From contig NC_134471.1 of assembly GCF_964194025.1 (NCBI RefSeq), forward strand, positions 63,364,001-63,428,000: 64,000 nt of DNA. The letters are read 5' to 3'. The position numbers and the translations under genes are program-made. The stretch is from Convolutriloba macropyga (Eukaryota). Each line of letters opens with the position of its first letter. The first letter of the stretch is position 1. The notes under the pieces were generated by a model. The model saw nothing but the letters and a program-made list of their open reading frames with translations, ran no database searches and was not told the origin of the DNA. Below, one piece after another: positions 53,212-64,000 of the stretch.

Positions 53212-53866
53212 TTAAAATTGCTTTTTTGATTGTCTCTCTTTCAATCCGAAAGAATTCATAAGCAGAATATCTAGAGTTTTTGTCGTTTTTTTTTTGTAAG
53301 CCGCTTTAAAGTTTGCCTGCATGCAGTAACCACTTCCATAGTAGACAACAGACTCTACGTTGCCTTCACTGACAAAAATTTTATTTTCATCAGGGAGATT
53401 TTCATCGTCCAGAGCTACTTGAACTGGTGATGGCCCATTGGGCGTAGGTAAAAGGGTTAGTTTCAGTTTTCTAACTTTCTGTTGTAACAACATAGTAAAT
53501 TTGAAAGAATTCAAGTAATGAAAGATATTTCGTCAGCGTCTCAATTTCCTTAGTGTTGCAGAGAATCTGTTGTTTTCGCAGAATATTGTGTCCACGTGAT
53601 TCTATTTTTTCTTCTTTTAAATGAATCAATATCAAGTGATTATCATTCGTTATGAAACTGCATACTGTCAAACTTGGAGTTAAATTCACTTGAAGAATTG
53701 ACGGAGCTGCCTTCTCCACTCGACGGCTCATTGGATGGCAGGGAGATCCAATAGAAATACAACTGTGCTTTCCTTTTAGCACGATGTTTCCTTTTTTGTT
53801 TTTCTGGTAGGTAGAAAGAGTGCAGATTGCAAGTAATATTATCAATTGGCGATTTAATATCTTCAA
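53212..53866 (-). pseudogene. Polinton hypothetical protein (two frameshifted fragments)
   Basis: Overlapping ORFs 53471-53866 and 53212-53514. Confidence 0.4.
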
Positions 53867-54226
53867 TTTTCGGGCATAGAAGAGTTTACAAATTTACTAC
53901 CTCTTTCTGCAAGAGATTTTGAAGTGATTCTGTTTTCTCTTTTTCTTTGTCTTGAAATTTCCATAACGGAAACCGAAGTTTAATGGCGACAAAAGTTTGG
54001 GATAGAAACCAGTAAGAATAAGTACCGCTGTTCAAAGACAAACCTTGTAAAAACTTAGTAACTCACTTATGAGATCTCCTATCACAAGCGGAAAGTGAGT
54101 TATAGGAAACTGGCGGAAGAAAAAGATTTGTATACGAAAAATTATTTGAACACAGCGATAACTCTTTTTTAAAAAACCAGTTTTTTGTAACGAAACCTTC
54201 CAAATCTTATAACACTATTTCTTGTT

Positions 54227-54637
54227 TCAGTATTCCAACAGAGTGAACAAAAAGTTTTTGAACGTCTTCACAAAAAGAGCCAATCCCGTGTGGTGGCCAA
54301 AATACTCGTTTGTAATTGAACAATGTAACACATAGGTGCATCCAGGCTTTTTATGACTGTCCTCTGCTATAAATCCCAATGCGTCGTGGAGTATTGAATG
54401 AAGTCGAAGTTTTTTGAACGATTTGCAGCAGTTGTCCAGCGACGAATTATCAATTCCAATTACACCGCCATACGGTCTCAGCTTCAGTGTTGCCTCCAAA
54501 TCAATATCAGGATCAAGGTATTGACCAGCAGCTAGAAAATACAGAAACTTTTCACCGTACTTTGGATAATTGTACCTATTCTCCAGGTAAATCTCATGAA
54601 TAGTTCTTAGATCAATGGTTGCTATCGTTTTGGCCAT
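54227..54637 (-). CDS. Putative phospholipase A2-like (HD motif) protein, intact 136-aa ORF
   Basis: RPYGGVIG..NSSLD...LHSILHDALGFI....KPGCTY...FGHHTG: a Gly-rich loop followed by an HD dyad. Confidence 0.55.
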   Translation of the reverse strand: MAKTIATIDLRTIHEIYLENRYNYPKYGEKFLYFLAAGQYLDPDIDLEATLKLRPYGGVIGIDNSSLDNCCKSFKKLRLHSILHDALGFIAEDSHKKPGCTYVLHCSITNEYFGHHTGLALFVKTFKNFLFTLLEY

Positions 54638-54796
54638 CCTTTCGTCAATTTTTATTCTGGCAAAATGAATCCAAATCTTACCTCCTAAGGTTGACCACTT
54701 GAGCTCACAGCCAAAGTATGTTCACACAAATACATGTGGCAAAAATACCATTCTTAACATAAAGAATCTCCCCTCTCTCGCACTCGGGAAATATAT

Positions 54797-54948
54797 ATAC
54801 CAACAATAAGCCGCCAGAAAAATACATGTAGCAAAATTACCACTTTCTTAACATAAAATATCTCCCCTAAGGGATCAGGGATCCTCCTCTGCCGAAAGGA
54901 TCTCGAAAGGATCCCAGCGCGATCTTCTTGTGTATTTACGATACTACT
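54797..54948 (-). repeat. Polinton right TIR (partial direct duplicate just inside, ~54728-54775)
   Basis: Ends CGATACTACT, followed by TSD ATGAAT. Confidence 0.95.
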
Positions 54949-55279
54949 ATGAATATATCAATCGGCAAAAATCGTTTGAACAAAAAAAAACCAATTGAGT
55001 GAATAGTTCCTGCCGCCATATGATGGGGTAAGAACAATTTATTGATCTAGATGAATTAAATTTAAAGAACAATTCAGCCAAACTGTCCAACATATGTTAA
55101 TCTATGTAATCAAAGCTATATTAATTGATTACATTTGTCGTTCAGAAAACATCTCGGAGTATTTTGCATAATATTCAGTAGCACATCGAAGGCCTCGCTT
55201 TCCCGCACCATAAATAACTGATCTGAATAAAAGAGAGTTAATGGTGCTTTTTCTCTCTATTTAACTTATTTTTTAGAAC

Positions 55280-56027
55280 ATCGCGAAAAAGATGTAAGAA
55301 TTTGTGAAAAGATGTAAGATTTGCGCTCATTGCGATGAATGCGGTGAAAAAAAAATTAATCGGTTAAAAATTATTTTCACCGCTTAAGCGGTGAAAGATA
55401 ATTATTCACCGCTATCACTAGAATGCGGCGAAAAAAACTTTCAGCGCTATAGTCAGTCCCATAAAGTTGCAACGCTATCGAACGTTTCAAAGGTCGAAGG
55501 TCAAGTTTAAAACATGCAGATATCTGGCCAAAAGATGCTCGTTTGCATGCCTCGAGTTTTTCGAACGTTCGCTTGCGTTGCAACTTTATGGGACTTACTA
55601 TACCAGCAGAAAGCGGTAGAAAAAAATTTTCAGCGCTACCAGCAGAATGCAGTAAAAAAATTTTTAACTGCTAACAGCAGAATGCGGTGAAAAAAGTTTT
55701 ACAAACATTCACCGCTAATTTCAACGCTTATCTTAAATTCACAGCAAATATCACTTAAGTAAGTGACAGATGGCACAGTGGAATAAAAAGTTTTGGACAT
55801 GCAGGAAGTGAAAGGATCGAACCCGTGTACGGCATTTTCTTTTTGTAAGAAATCCGGTGAATGCGGTGAAAAAAATTTATTCACCGCTAAAAACCGCAAA
55901 TATTACAAAAATTCACCGCTTTCACCGCATTCAACGCTAAAAGATGCAGGTGCTTTTCGGCGAAAAACAATTTTTCATTCCTATTCACCGCTAATCTTGC
56001 ATTTTTTTTACCAAGCCTCGACCCGGG
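55280..56027. mobile_element. Second member of the GCGGTGAA foldback family (right TIR CTCGACCCGGG; left end not found)
   Basis: Same internal motifs and tRNA-like core (55763-55833) as 30694-31579. Confidence 0.75.
55450..55600. mobile_element. 151-bp Tc1/mariner-type MITE with TA TSD
   Basis: TIR TAGTCAGTCCCATAAAGTTGCAACGC / GCGTTGCAACTTTATGGGACTTACTA, TA on both sides. The empty site CAGCGCTACCAGCAGA recurs at 55631. Confidence 0.92.
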
Positions 56028-57932
56028 AAATACATTTGACCCATTCATTATTTTTTTCTGACAGCAGGATTTCTTTCTAACTTTAGTCTGTTCTTTTTTT
56101 CTAGCATTAATGTGAAGTAGCGATAAAGATTTCTTCTTAGAGTTATCAGTAAAAAATTTGATAATGGATTTACCCAAGAAGTTGTTTTAAATTCTTAGAA
56201 AAAGAATAACAGCGATGTTTTGGCCAAAAGAATAACGGCCAAAATGAAACATAAAGCTAATTAGATTAGCCTTCATGATTTTAATAACACCTCTGTAATC
56301 CGTATGACCTTTCTCTGCTCAAAAGCAATCAGACATTAGTAAAGGCAGTTCCTGCTCTTTACTGCGCGTGTTTTCAGGAGAATATTTGTGAATTTATTAA
56401 TATCGATGAGCTTTTCAAAATAGAGTAATTTTAATAGCCAACCGAACGTAACACAATGACAATTTCAGTACTTAGTCGTAATCTAATTCACGTCACACTT
56501 TGCCCTGCATGATTTTGACTGATTCAAAGCCAAAGCAGTAATTCATTCAGATTTATCTTCTGATTCAGAATAATACCGAATATTTTCTCTGAATTTCTCT
56601 TAGATTCAGAGAATTTCAGATACCTGAGGATTTCTGAAAATCTTTTGAATCAGTACTGAGTCTTGAAGTTTCTTCGAAAACATTGTCAATCAGTACTGAT
56701 TCTTAATGAGATTTGGGTACGAGAAACTGTTGTCTCCAGAGCCCGAAAGTTTGAGAACTCCTCTCTTAAGTTGCTTTCCTTAATGCTATGGAGACTTTAG
56801 AGCTGAGATAGAAAATCAACGCTAATTGCGAAATTATGTTTTTGAAAAAAGTAAAGCGGAGTTTTCAACTTTTTAAAAATTAGATGTTTTTGAAAGTTTT
56901 TCTCACCGGTTATATGGCCATTTAAGTTTAAAACATAGCAGGACAAGTCCTGACGTACAATTCAAAGAATTTTCATTGACTAAACAGAAAACTGGATCAA
57001 GAACGGACTATGAATGGATTGGGAAAACCATTTAGAAAAAAAATCCGATCCAAAAAATCGAAAAAAAACTGTAAAAATCAAAGTGAAATTGCCGCATGTG
57101 AACAAAAAAAACCACAAGCGAGAAAGCGAATTTTTGTTCAAACACCGTTTTCTCACTCTACTTAAAATTTAGAGCAAAAAAATTTCACGCCGCAAAACCA
57201 CTCGCTTTTTCGCTCTATTTCCTGTTCCATCACTACTCCAATTTGACTTCAAAAATCATGAAAATGTGTGAACAGATCTTTAAAAAAAGACAGCGCCCCA
57301 ATGCAATTCAAATTCTTTGAATTGTAATAAAAACATCGATTCTCATTTTTGCACGAATATAATTATCAATATATGATGCAGACGCAGTTCTTAGGACCAG
57401 GTAAACAATAAATACAACAAATCTTCAGAGTGCTTTCGTCATTTAAACTACCATATACACACACGACAAAATTTCATTATCAAACTTGATCTGTCTCCCA
57501 GTCAAAATACTCCACTAGAAAAGTTTTAGGTACAGGATACATTTGAAGTCCAAATAAAACCTCCGTTCAGTTTTAAAATGTTTGATTTCATAGCACAATA
57601 AATAGCGTCAACAGTTCAAAACTTTAAGAAACTCTTTTTCAAAATGCCGTCCTTGACTTTCTGGGGAAAAAAAATTAACGTTCATATAGTAAAGTCAGTA
57701 TGAAATGCAACTTTAAGTTTTTTTAAAGAAGTAATGCTGAATGTTTTTAAATTTCTAAAACCAAAACTTTTTTGGAAAGTTTTGATCAACGGGTTTATGG
57801 CCAATCGATTTATTTGAAAATTACTTTTTTGCCCGAATTTTATTAAGAAATATGTATTCTGACTCAGCTTGTAAAACCAGAAAAACATTAAAGGTCATAA
57901 ATTTTTGGGGCGTTTTGGTCATTTAAAATACC

Positions 57933-57936
<4 letters not shown>

Positions 57937-57977
<41 letters not shown>

Positions 57978-57992
57978 TACACACACACACAC
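57937..57992. repeat. (CA)n microsatellite
   Basis: Direct read. Confidence 0.95.
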
Positions 57993-60900
57993 GACACGCC
58001 ATACAATGTCGTCTCAAATAATGTCATCTTGTGTAATAAATTACTAGAAGTGGATGAAAATTTTTGTTTACAATTTGAATTTCATTTAATCAGAATTTCA
58101 TTTTCATCGTTTCAATTTATTCTGTCTCCGAGTCAAAAAAAAACTCTACTAGAAATATCTCAACACTTTCTAATGTCCGATAATTTGTTTTATTTCATCA
58201 GTTGATTATTTTTGGACAAATAAAATTGTTTCCACTTTTAATTGTTAACAGAAGTTTTCATGCTATGTTTTGTCGTAACTGATTTCCTCTTTATCGAATT
58301 TTCAATGCTGACTTTCTTAATGTCAAAATCATTCGAAAAGCCATTACAACAGTCTTTTGAACTTGAATATGATTAGAATTTATTCTTGACTTGTACTTTT
58401 TGCTTATTCAGATACACCATATGCTGTTTGGGCACCTACTCAAAAGTTACCAAAAACATTGTTGTCATCTACACAAAAAACAGGACAAATGTTTTAAGCT
58501 TCAATTTACTATGAGTTTCTCCAATAAACCTTCATTTTTTTTGAAATCTTGCATCATTTGCTTTGACCAACACAAATTGTAAGCAGATTTTTTTAATTTC
58601 ATTTTATTCTGGTATTTGCTCAAAATTGGTAAAAGACAAACGTTACTAAAAACGGTTTCAAAAAGTTTGCTGGAATTAATTAAGGTTATCAGTATAATGT
58701 TACAAGATTTCCATGATATGAAATGGTTATCACTTACCCATCCGAATATATACTTTGCTTCCTGAAAAGACAGTTCTGAGATTGAGAGACAGGATGATAA
58801 TCTTTTAACTCGAACCTTGAGTTGCTGTCCTGAAAGTTCCCGTTTCTGTTTATTAATCATGATTTTGAATGGCAAAAAATTGAAATGAGAAAAAAAATAG
58901 TAGAAAAAAGCTCTTCGATTTTTCTTCTCTTCTTTGACTCCTTCTCTGGCAATCGGAACTTCCTGCAAACTGACGAAGAGGTGGCTACTCATATATCATG
59001 GATGAGAGCGGCCACTGCTGTTGAAATATTTCACACTATGGCCAAATTATTCAGTCTCATCAATTCTGTCATTCTGATTGTGGTCGTGAAACACTTTCAC
59101 GTACCAATCGCTTATTTGCTCAACAAGTGAATTTGATCTAAATCAACCAGAGAAACGTGAATTTCATAAAACATTTCGGATAATTTTTACCAAACCTATC
59201 TGACAAAAAAACTTTTCCTCTCTTTATAACTATTTTCCGCAAAAAAAACAACTGATAACCCACAACGAGTTTCAAGTCTTCATCAGTAATTCTTCAGTGA
59301 AATAAACATCTTGGGTTGGCTAATCAGTACTCATCACAACTTATTTCAAGTCTTAAGACTGGCCAAGTCTTGGCCAAGACTTGGCCAAGATTTGGCAAGT
59401 CTTAACCAAGACTTGACAAGTATCAAAACAATTTCAAAGAAAATTTCAAATGGATCAAAAAAAAATTCTTAACATGCCATTATGTGCAAAGATTTTCAAT
59501 GCGTTTTAGATTTTTTGAAATAAGCTCAGCTAATTCAGACGGTTGATCACTTCTGACTGCACTTAAAAAAGATTTGCAACAAATTTGCACAGGATTTTCG
59601 AGAATTCTTTGAACCAAACAGAAATAACCACATAAAAATGCCAAATTTAGTGCTTTCGCGGAATTCGTCTTTTTAGTTTTGTAGTTGAATAAGTTTTTTC
59701 AGATCGTTGATATGTCTTCAGGAAAGAATACTAAAGAAGTAGAACTCAGCAGTCCACTCACTTCTGAAAATAAATTCTGATGCATTTATATTTCGAATAC
59801 GATGTCTTTTTTTCTTTTTCATTCTGCTTCCGTTTATTTTTCTTTTTAACCAAAAAATTTTTGTTTGTACTTCATTTGCCTCATAAATCTAAATAAACCT
59901 GCTCTGAGTCAAATACGAAAAAAATTTCTAGTGCTCCCATATTTTGAATACGATTCTATCGTTTTATATGTCCTTCACTTATAAAAAGACGTTTGTTGGT
60001 GTTCTCACAAACTATTTGGTTGCCTGCAGCCAATTCAGTGCTAAAGTAGCGTTTTGAACCCGCGGTTAGGGGGAAATCCTAGACAAAGCTAACGGCACTG
60101 GTTGCAGCAATTTGTTGAATTCCTGCTGATTTTTTCAAGGATATATCGGCTTGTTTTTGCGCATTTTCCGAACCTACTTTAAAAGATTTCTCGGCTGTTT
60201 TTTAGCTTATTCCGGACATTTTTCAGACAACTGGTTAGCTATTTTTTGCGTTTTCTGGACCTGCTTTGCACGAATTCTTGGCTATTTGTCTCATTCTCCG
60301 GACCTTTTTTAAAAGGTTTCTTGAGTATTTTTTGTCGCTTTCTGAACCTATTTTGGACGATTTCTCGGCCATTTTTTGCGTTTTCCCGAGATATTTTGGA
60401 CGGTTGGTCGTGTTGTGCGGTCAGGAGGGGGTAGTGGTGCGGCAAAGCTCATATCAGGGTCAAAGATTCGATCTCGCATATTCAAGTTTTCTCTGTTTAG
60501 TCTGCTCCATACTTAAGTTTTTCTGTTTTTTCATTCAGGTCCTTACTAATTTTCTGGTCTTCTGGTTTCACCCTTGATCAACTTCGGTCTCTCCTATACT
60601 CATTTATGATCTTCTCGTTCTAGCAAATACTTATTTTTTGGTGTGGCTAAAACGCTAAAAGCAGCGACGTTGCTCCTCGAAAAGAACAATTGTGTCAATT
60701 ACAGAAATATTTTGTACCCAAGGTTTGATAAGTAGCACCTTGAAAAAGTGTGTAAGTTAAAAAAACAAACACAGCGATGCGACTACCAAAATTTCCGTTA
60801 TTTTTGATAGTGGCTAATTTTATTTAGTGAAAATTTATTGAAGGAGCCGATTCTTTTTAGAGGTTTGATTCAAGTGTCAAAACTTAGATTTATAACTGAG

Positions 60901-61129
60901 TCTAATTTTTTCTCATAAATTTATGGTCCTAATTTGGGAATTTGTCCTACTTTTCATTTACATTGACATGTGAACCTAGAGTTCATCTCGTCCAGAGAAT
61001 TTCTGTGAGCTTAATACAAACAAGGCCAAATCGAGGCCCTGAACATTAGATCACCTCTTTGTTTAACGATTCCCCAACGCTCTATATAAAGTGACAGTAA
61101 CATTAACTAAACGGAGTCAGAGTAGACTG

Positions 61130-61610
61130 ATGCTAAGGTAAAGTTAAGGTAAACTGTTTTTAAGGTTAAGTTAAGGTGAAATTTACCTTAACTTTACTTA
61201 ACTTGAGTTATGGTAAAAGTTTAACTTAACCTTGTTAAAGTAATATCAATTTAAATCAACTTAAAATTTTTGCAACAATTTGCAGTACATAATTTTGTGT
61301 TTTAAACAATTTTACCAAACAAAATCTTGACGTTTGCTCGACAAAAACAAACGCATCTCCACGACCCCCCTTGGAGTAGTAAAAATAGATGAACTAGACA
61401 AATTCAGACGACATCTTTAACTATTAAGGTAAGACATACCCTAGATGGTACATTTATCTTAAAAAATAAGCTGTTCAGGTACTTTTAAGATAAAATTTAA
61501 GGTGGTGCCCTGTAGGGTAATTTTAAGGTAAATTTCAGGTATGTTAAGATAAGGAATAATTACCTTAACGTTTCAGGAAAGTTAAGCATTTTTCAGGTAA
61601 AATTACTTTA
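61130..61610. repeat. TTAAGGTAAA/TTTACCTTAA foldback-type repeat
   Basis: Motif in both orientations; TACCCTA at ~61437 and TAGGGTA at ~61513. Confidence 0.55.
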
Positions 61611-62299
61611 ACTAAATATTTATTTTATTGTACTTATAAGATTGTACTTTTTAGGAGAAATAAAAAAAAACTTTTCTGTTTATATATGTTAACAAATTCG
61701 CCGAAATCATCTTAGCGCTCTTTTGAAGTCAATTTTTAAAAGTACTAATATTTCTTTGTTATGAAGGAATTGTCACGCCTACATAACGTAAAAGAAAATG
61801 GAGCCCGCTCTCAGGTTTATCTGCTGTTTCCGTAATAGAAATTTTTATCTTTTCTATTTCCTAAACCAATTTTTTGAAAAGCATTTTTTTAATTTAGTTA
61901 TTTCATCTTCTCAAAAAGATCATGTACATTTAGTTAGCGGAAAATTTTTTATAATTTTGCTTAGGTGTTATAAACTATTTTCCTTCTTCTAATTGAATGA
62001 CACAATAATCAATCATTTCGATTAAACCTCGTTTAAATTTATTACTCATACGCACTGTGAATCAGTTCTATACTTGAAACCTAATAAGTGAAACTGCAAT
62101 ATCCGTTATCTGAGATTGATAACCTTTAATGATAACTGTATTAACATGATAATATTTATTTTTTGCCAATGATGTTTTTAAAAGTTTACTGAAATTTTTG
62201 TTTTCAATTAATCGCCCTGCTGGTATAAGAAATAACTTACCGTGTTTTTTACTAAGCTACAATCAGAGGTCCACTTTTCCATGTTTCTATCAGAAATTC

Positions 62300-63400
62300 A
62301 GGAATTCTGACTGATGGGCCTGAAAGAGAGCTCTTTTTTGAGAAATGGCAACTGCGAAGTTTGATTAACTACAGATGAGACATCTAATAAAAGAGAATTG
62401 TGACTCAAATTGGGCGATGGTTGCGAGTCGTTAGGAGCTGCTATAGGAACGGACAAAAAGTAGCCTCATTTTTCAGAAGATGGATTCAAAAAATTTCAGA
62501 AAAACGTGGAAAACAGTGAGGTACCTACACAATCCACAATTTGCACTAAAGTAAGCAGCAAAATTTGCCTACTCTCTCCGCAACTGCCAGTGATAGACAC
62601 CCTCAAAATCAAAGAAAAAATTATTAAGTGGGATCCCTTTTAGGGGCCATTGATTTTTTGTTCGAAAAAATGACAAATCAGTGTCTACAAAACTTGAGTC
62701 ATTGAGACTATTGATTCTTTGCTCTTTTTTTGTTCTTTATACAGAAGAAACATCAGGAGGCTTTTGATCTCCAAAACTTCGGGATTTGAAAGAAAATCAG
62801 AAACCAGTGTGAGAAAAACTAGATTTTGGCGTTGTATCTTTCAGAATCGGGCTTACAGTTTCATACAGCTTTGATACCTGCTTTAGATCTGAATTCATCA
62901 TATAATTATTTTGGGATAATCGTATTACCTTGGAGTGAAACTAAAGACTGAGAAATTCCCAATGTTGCATTTTGGGCACTCTTGTTGCATTTGAGGTCAA
63001 TTCTATCGTATATCACTGTATGGGAGACGCCATTACTCGAGACCGGGTTGCCAAGTCTTGCACATTGGCTATCTTATCTCCAGTAGTTGAAAAAACAGAT
63101 ACTTTTTTACTGATATCGGTTCGTGATCAGAAAAAAAATTATCAACATCATGGACGCCGGTCATTGCTACTGCTTTTCAAATTACACTAACCTCTTCGGA
63201 CTTTATCAGAATCAGCACAAAAGTTCTCAGCGGGGCTTTAAATTTGCGCCATTAGCATTAGAAAAAATTAATTGGCTTGTCTTTGGTTTTCAAAGGCAAC
63301 AATAAATTGAACAACCGCATTTTCATTGAACGGATGCTATCAGTCTGATGGATTTTTCAAATCCTTGCTGACATGCGATCCCAGTCATCATCACCAGCTG
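62300..63400 (+). pseudogene. Very decayed 3' part of a non-LTR retrotransposon (CRE-like RT C-terminus and restriction-like endonuclease)
   Basis: GCESLGAAIGT, SGGF, HCMGDAITRDRV and GFKFAPLALE resemble LGAxIG, GGLG, CCHC/RHxxRD and FxPLxxE motifs in the expected order. Confidence 0.4.
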
Positions 63401-64000
63401 GAATTTGTTGGACTGCTGCAATGTTGCTTGCCCGCGCGCCATAAAAGTATTCGCTGATTTTGAGAGAAACGTCTAGCGCAATAAAGGAAAGTAATCTTTT
63501 TCAAAAGTTTGGATTGAATTTACCGGTGTTCATCATGAGATTCTTACGTGATGAAGTGGGAGAACTTCCGTAGTTGAGCGAACCTAAAAAAACTACTCAA
63601 TATCTTTTAAGTTCGTCAAGCACCAGTTTATTTTTACCTGACCGAAACGGGGAGAAAGAAAAATTCAGTGAAAAAAATAGACTGATCAGAAAAGACTCAT
63701 CAAAATTTTGATCTTGTGTTTAAGTCAGATAATTTAATCGTCGTTTATAGCAAAAAAAAAACAGTCCATTATTATCAACAAAAAAACAAATCAAGTTTTT
63801 AACCTTTTCTGTTCTGTTATTGAAAACAAATTCTCACCGATAAAATTAAGTTACACATTTAACTTCAGCTTTTTCAACTGTAAGTAAGGATATATCAATT
63901 TTTTCTTTGTTTCTATGTATCTACCGAGCGATGCTTGTTAGACTACAGGTCTGTGTCAGAAGTGCTGATAGTAATTATCAAAAAACATCAGATATACAAA

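Larger units (their letters stand above)
34486..54948 (-). mobile_element. Polinton/Maverick (adintovirus-like) element, both termini present, decayed genes
   Basis: Termini AGTAGTATCG / CGATACTACT; 6-bp TSD ATGAAT (34480-34485 and 54949-54954); pPolB, INT, ATPase, capsid and protease motifs. Confidence 0.97.

Noticed and set aside
34486-54948. Bacterial prophage or contaminant
   Set aside because: The gene set, AGT-repeat TIRs, 6-bp TSD and an intron indicate a eukaryotic Polinton.
58501-58992. 163-aa ORF and a 24-nt microexon-like segment (TTTTCAG|GAAGCAAAGTATATATTCGGATGG|GTAAGT on minus)
   Set aside because: No recognisable protein or consistent exon chain; cannot be supported without transcript data.

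Overview
AT-rich eukaryotic (animal-like) heterochromatic window, with no recognisable intact host gene and one 200-N gap. From left to right: (1) the edge of a ~180-bp satellite array with dimeric/tetrameric higher-order structure (1-5760); (2) a decayed, 5'-truncated Ty3/Gypsy retroelement on the minus strand (~7.0-20.1 kb). It carries RT-RNaseH-integrase, a ~840-codon env resembling class III (gB/chuvirus-like) fusogens, and several accessory ORFs on both sides of env; (3) nested MITEs, foldback repeats and local duplications (20-34 kb and 55-62 kb); (4) a Polinton/Maverick with both termini (34486-54948; AGTAGT TIRs, ATGAAT 6-bp TSD). Its genes include pPolB, integrase, packaging ATPase, minor and major capsid, a protease 5' half and a PLA2-like ORF. 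The most notable features are a 79-bp GT-AG intron inside the Polinton pPolB, a ~1513-bp tandem amplification (about 4.3 units) of the capsid plus protease 5' half, and the complex-retrovirus-like layout of the env-bearing Gypsy element. All protein assignments come from motif recognition by eye, without database searches.
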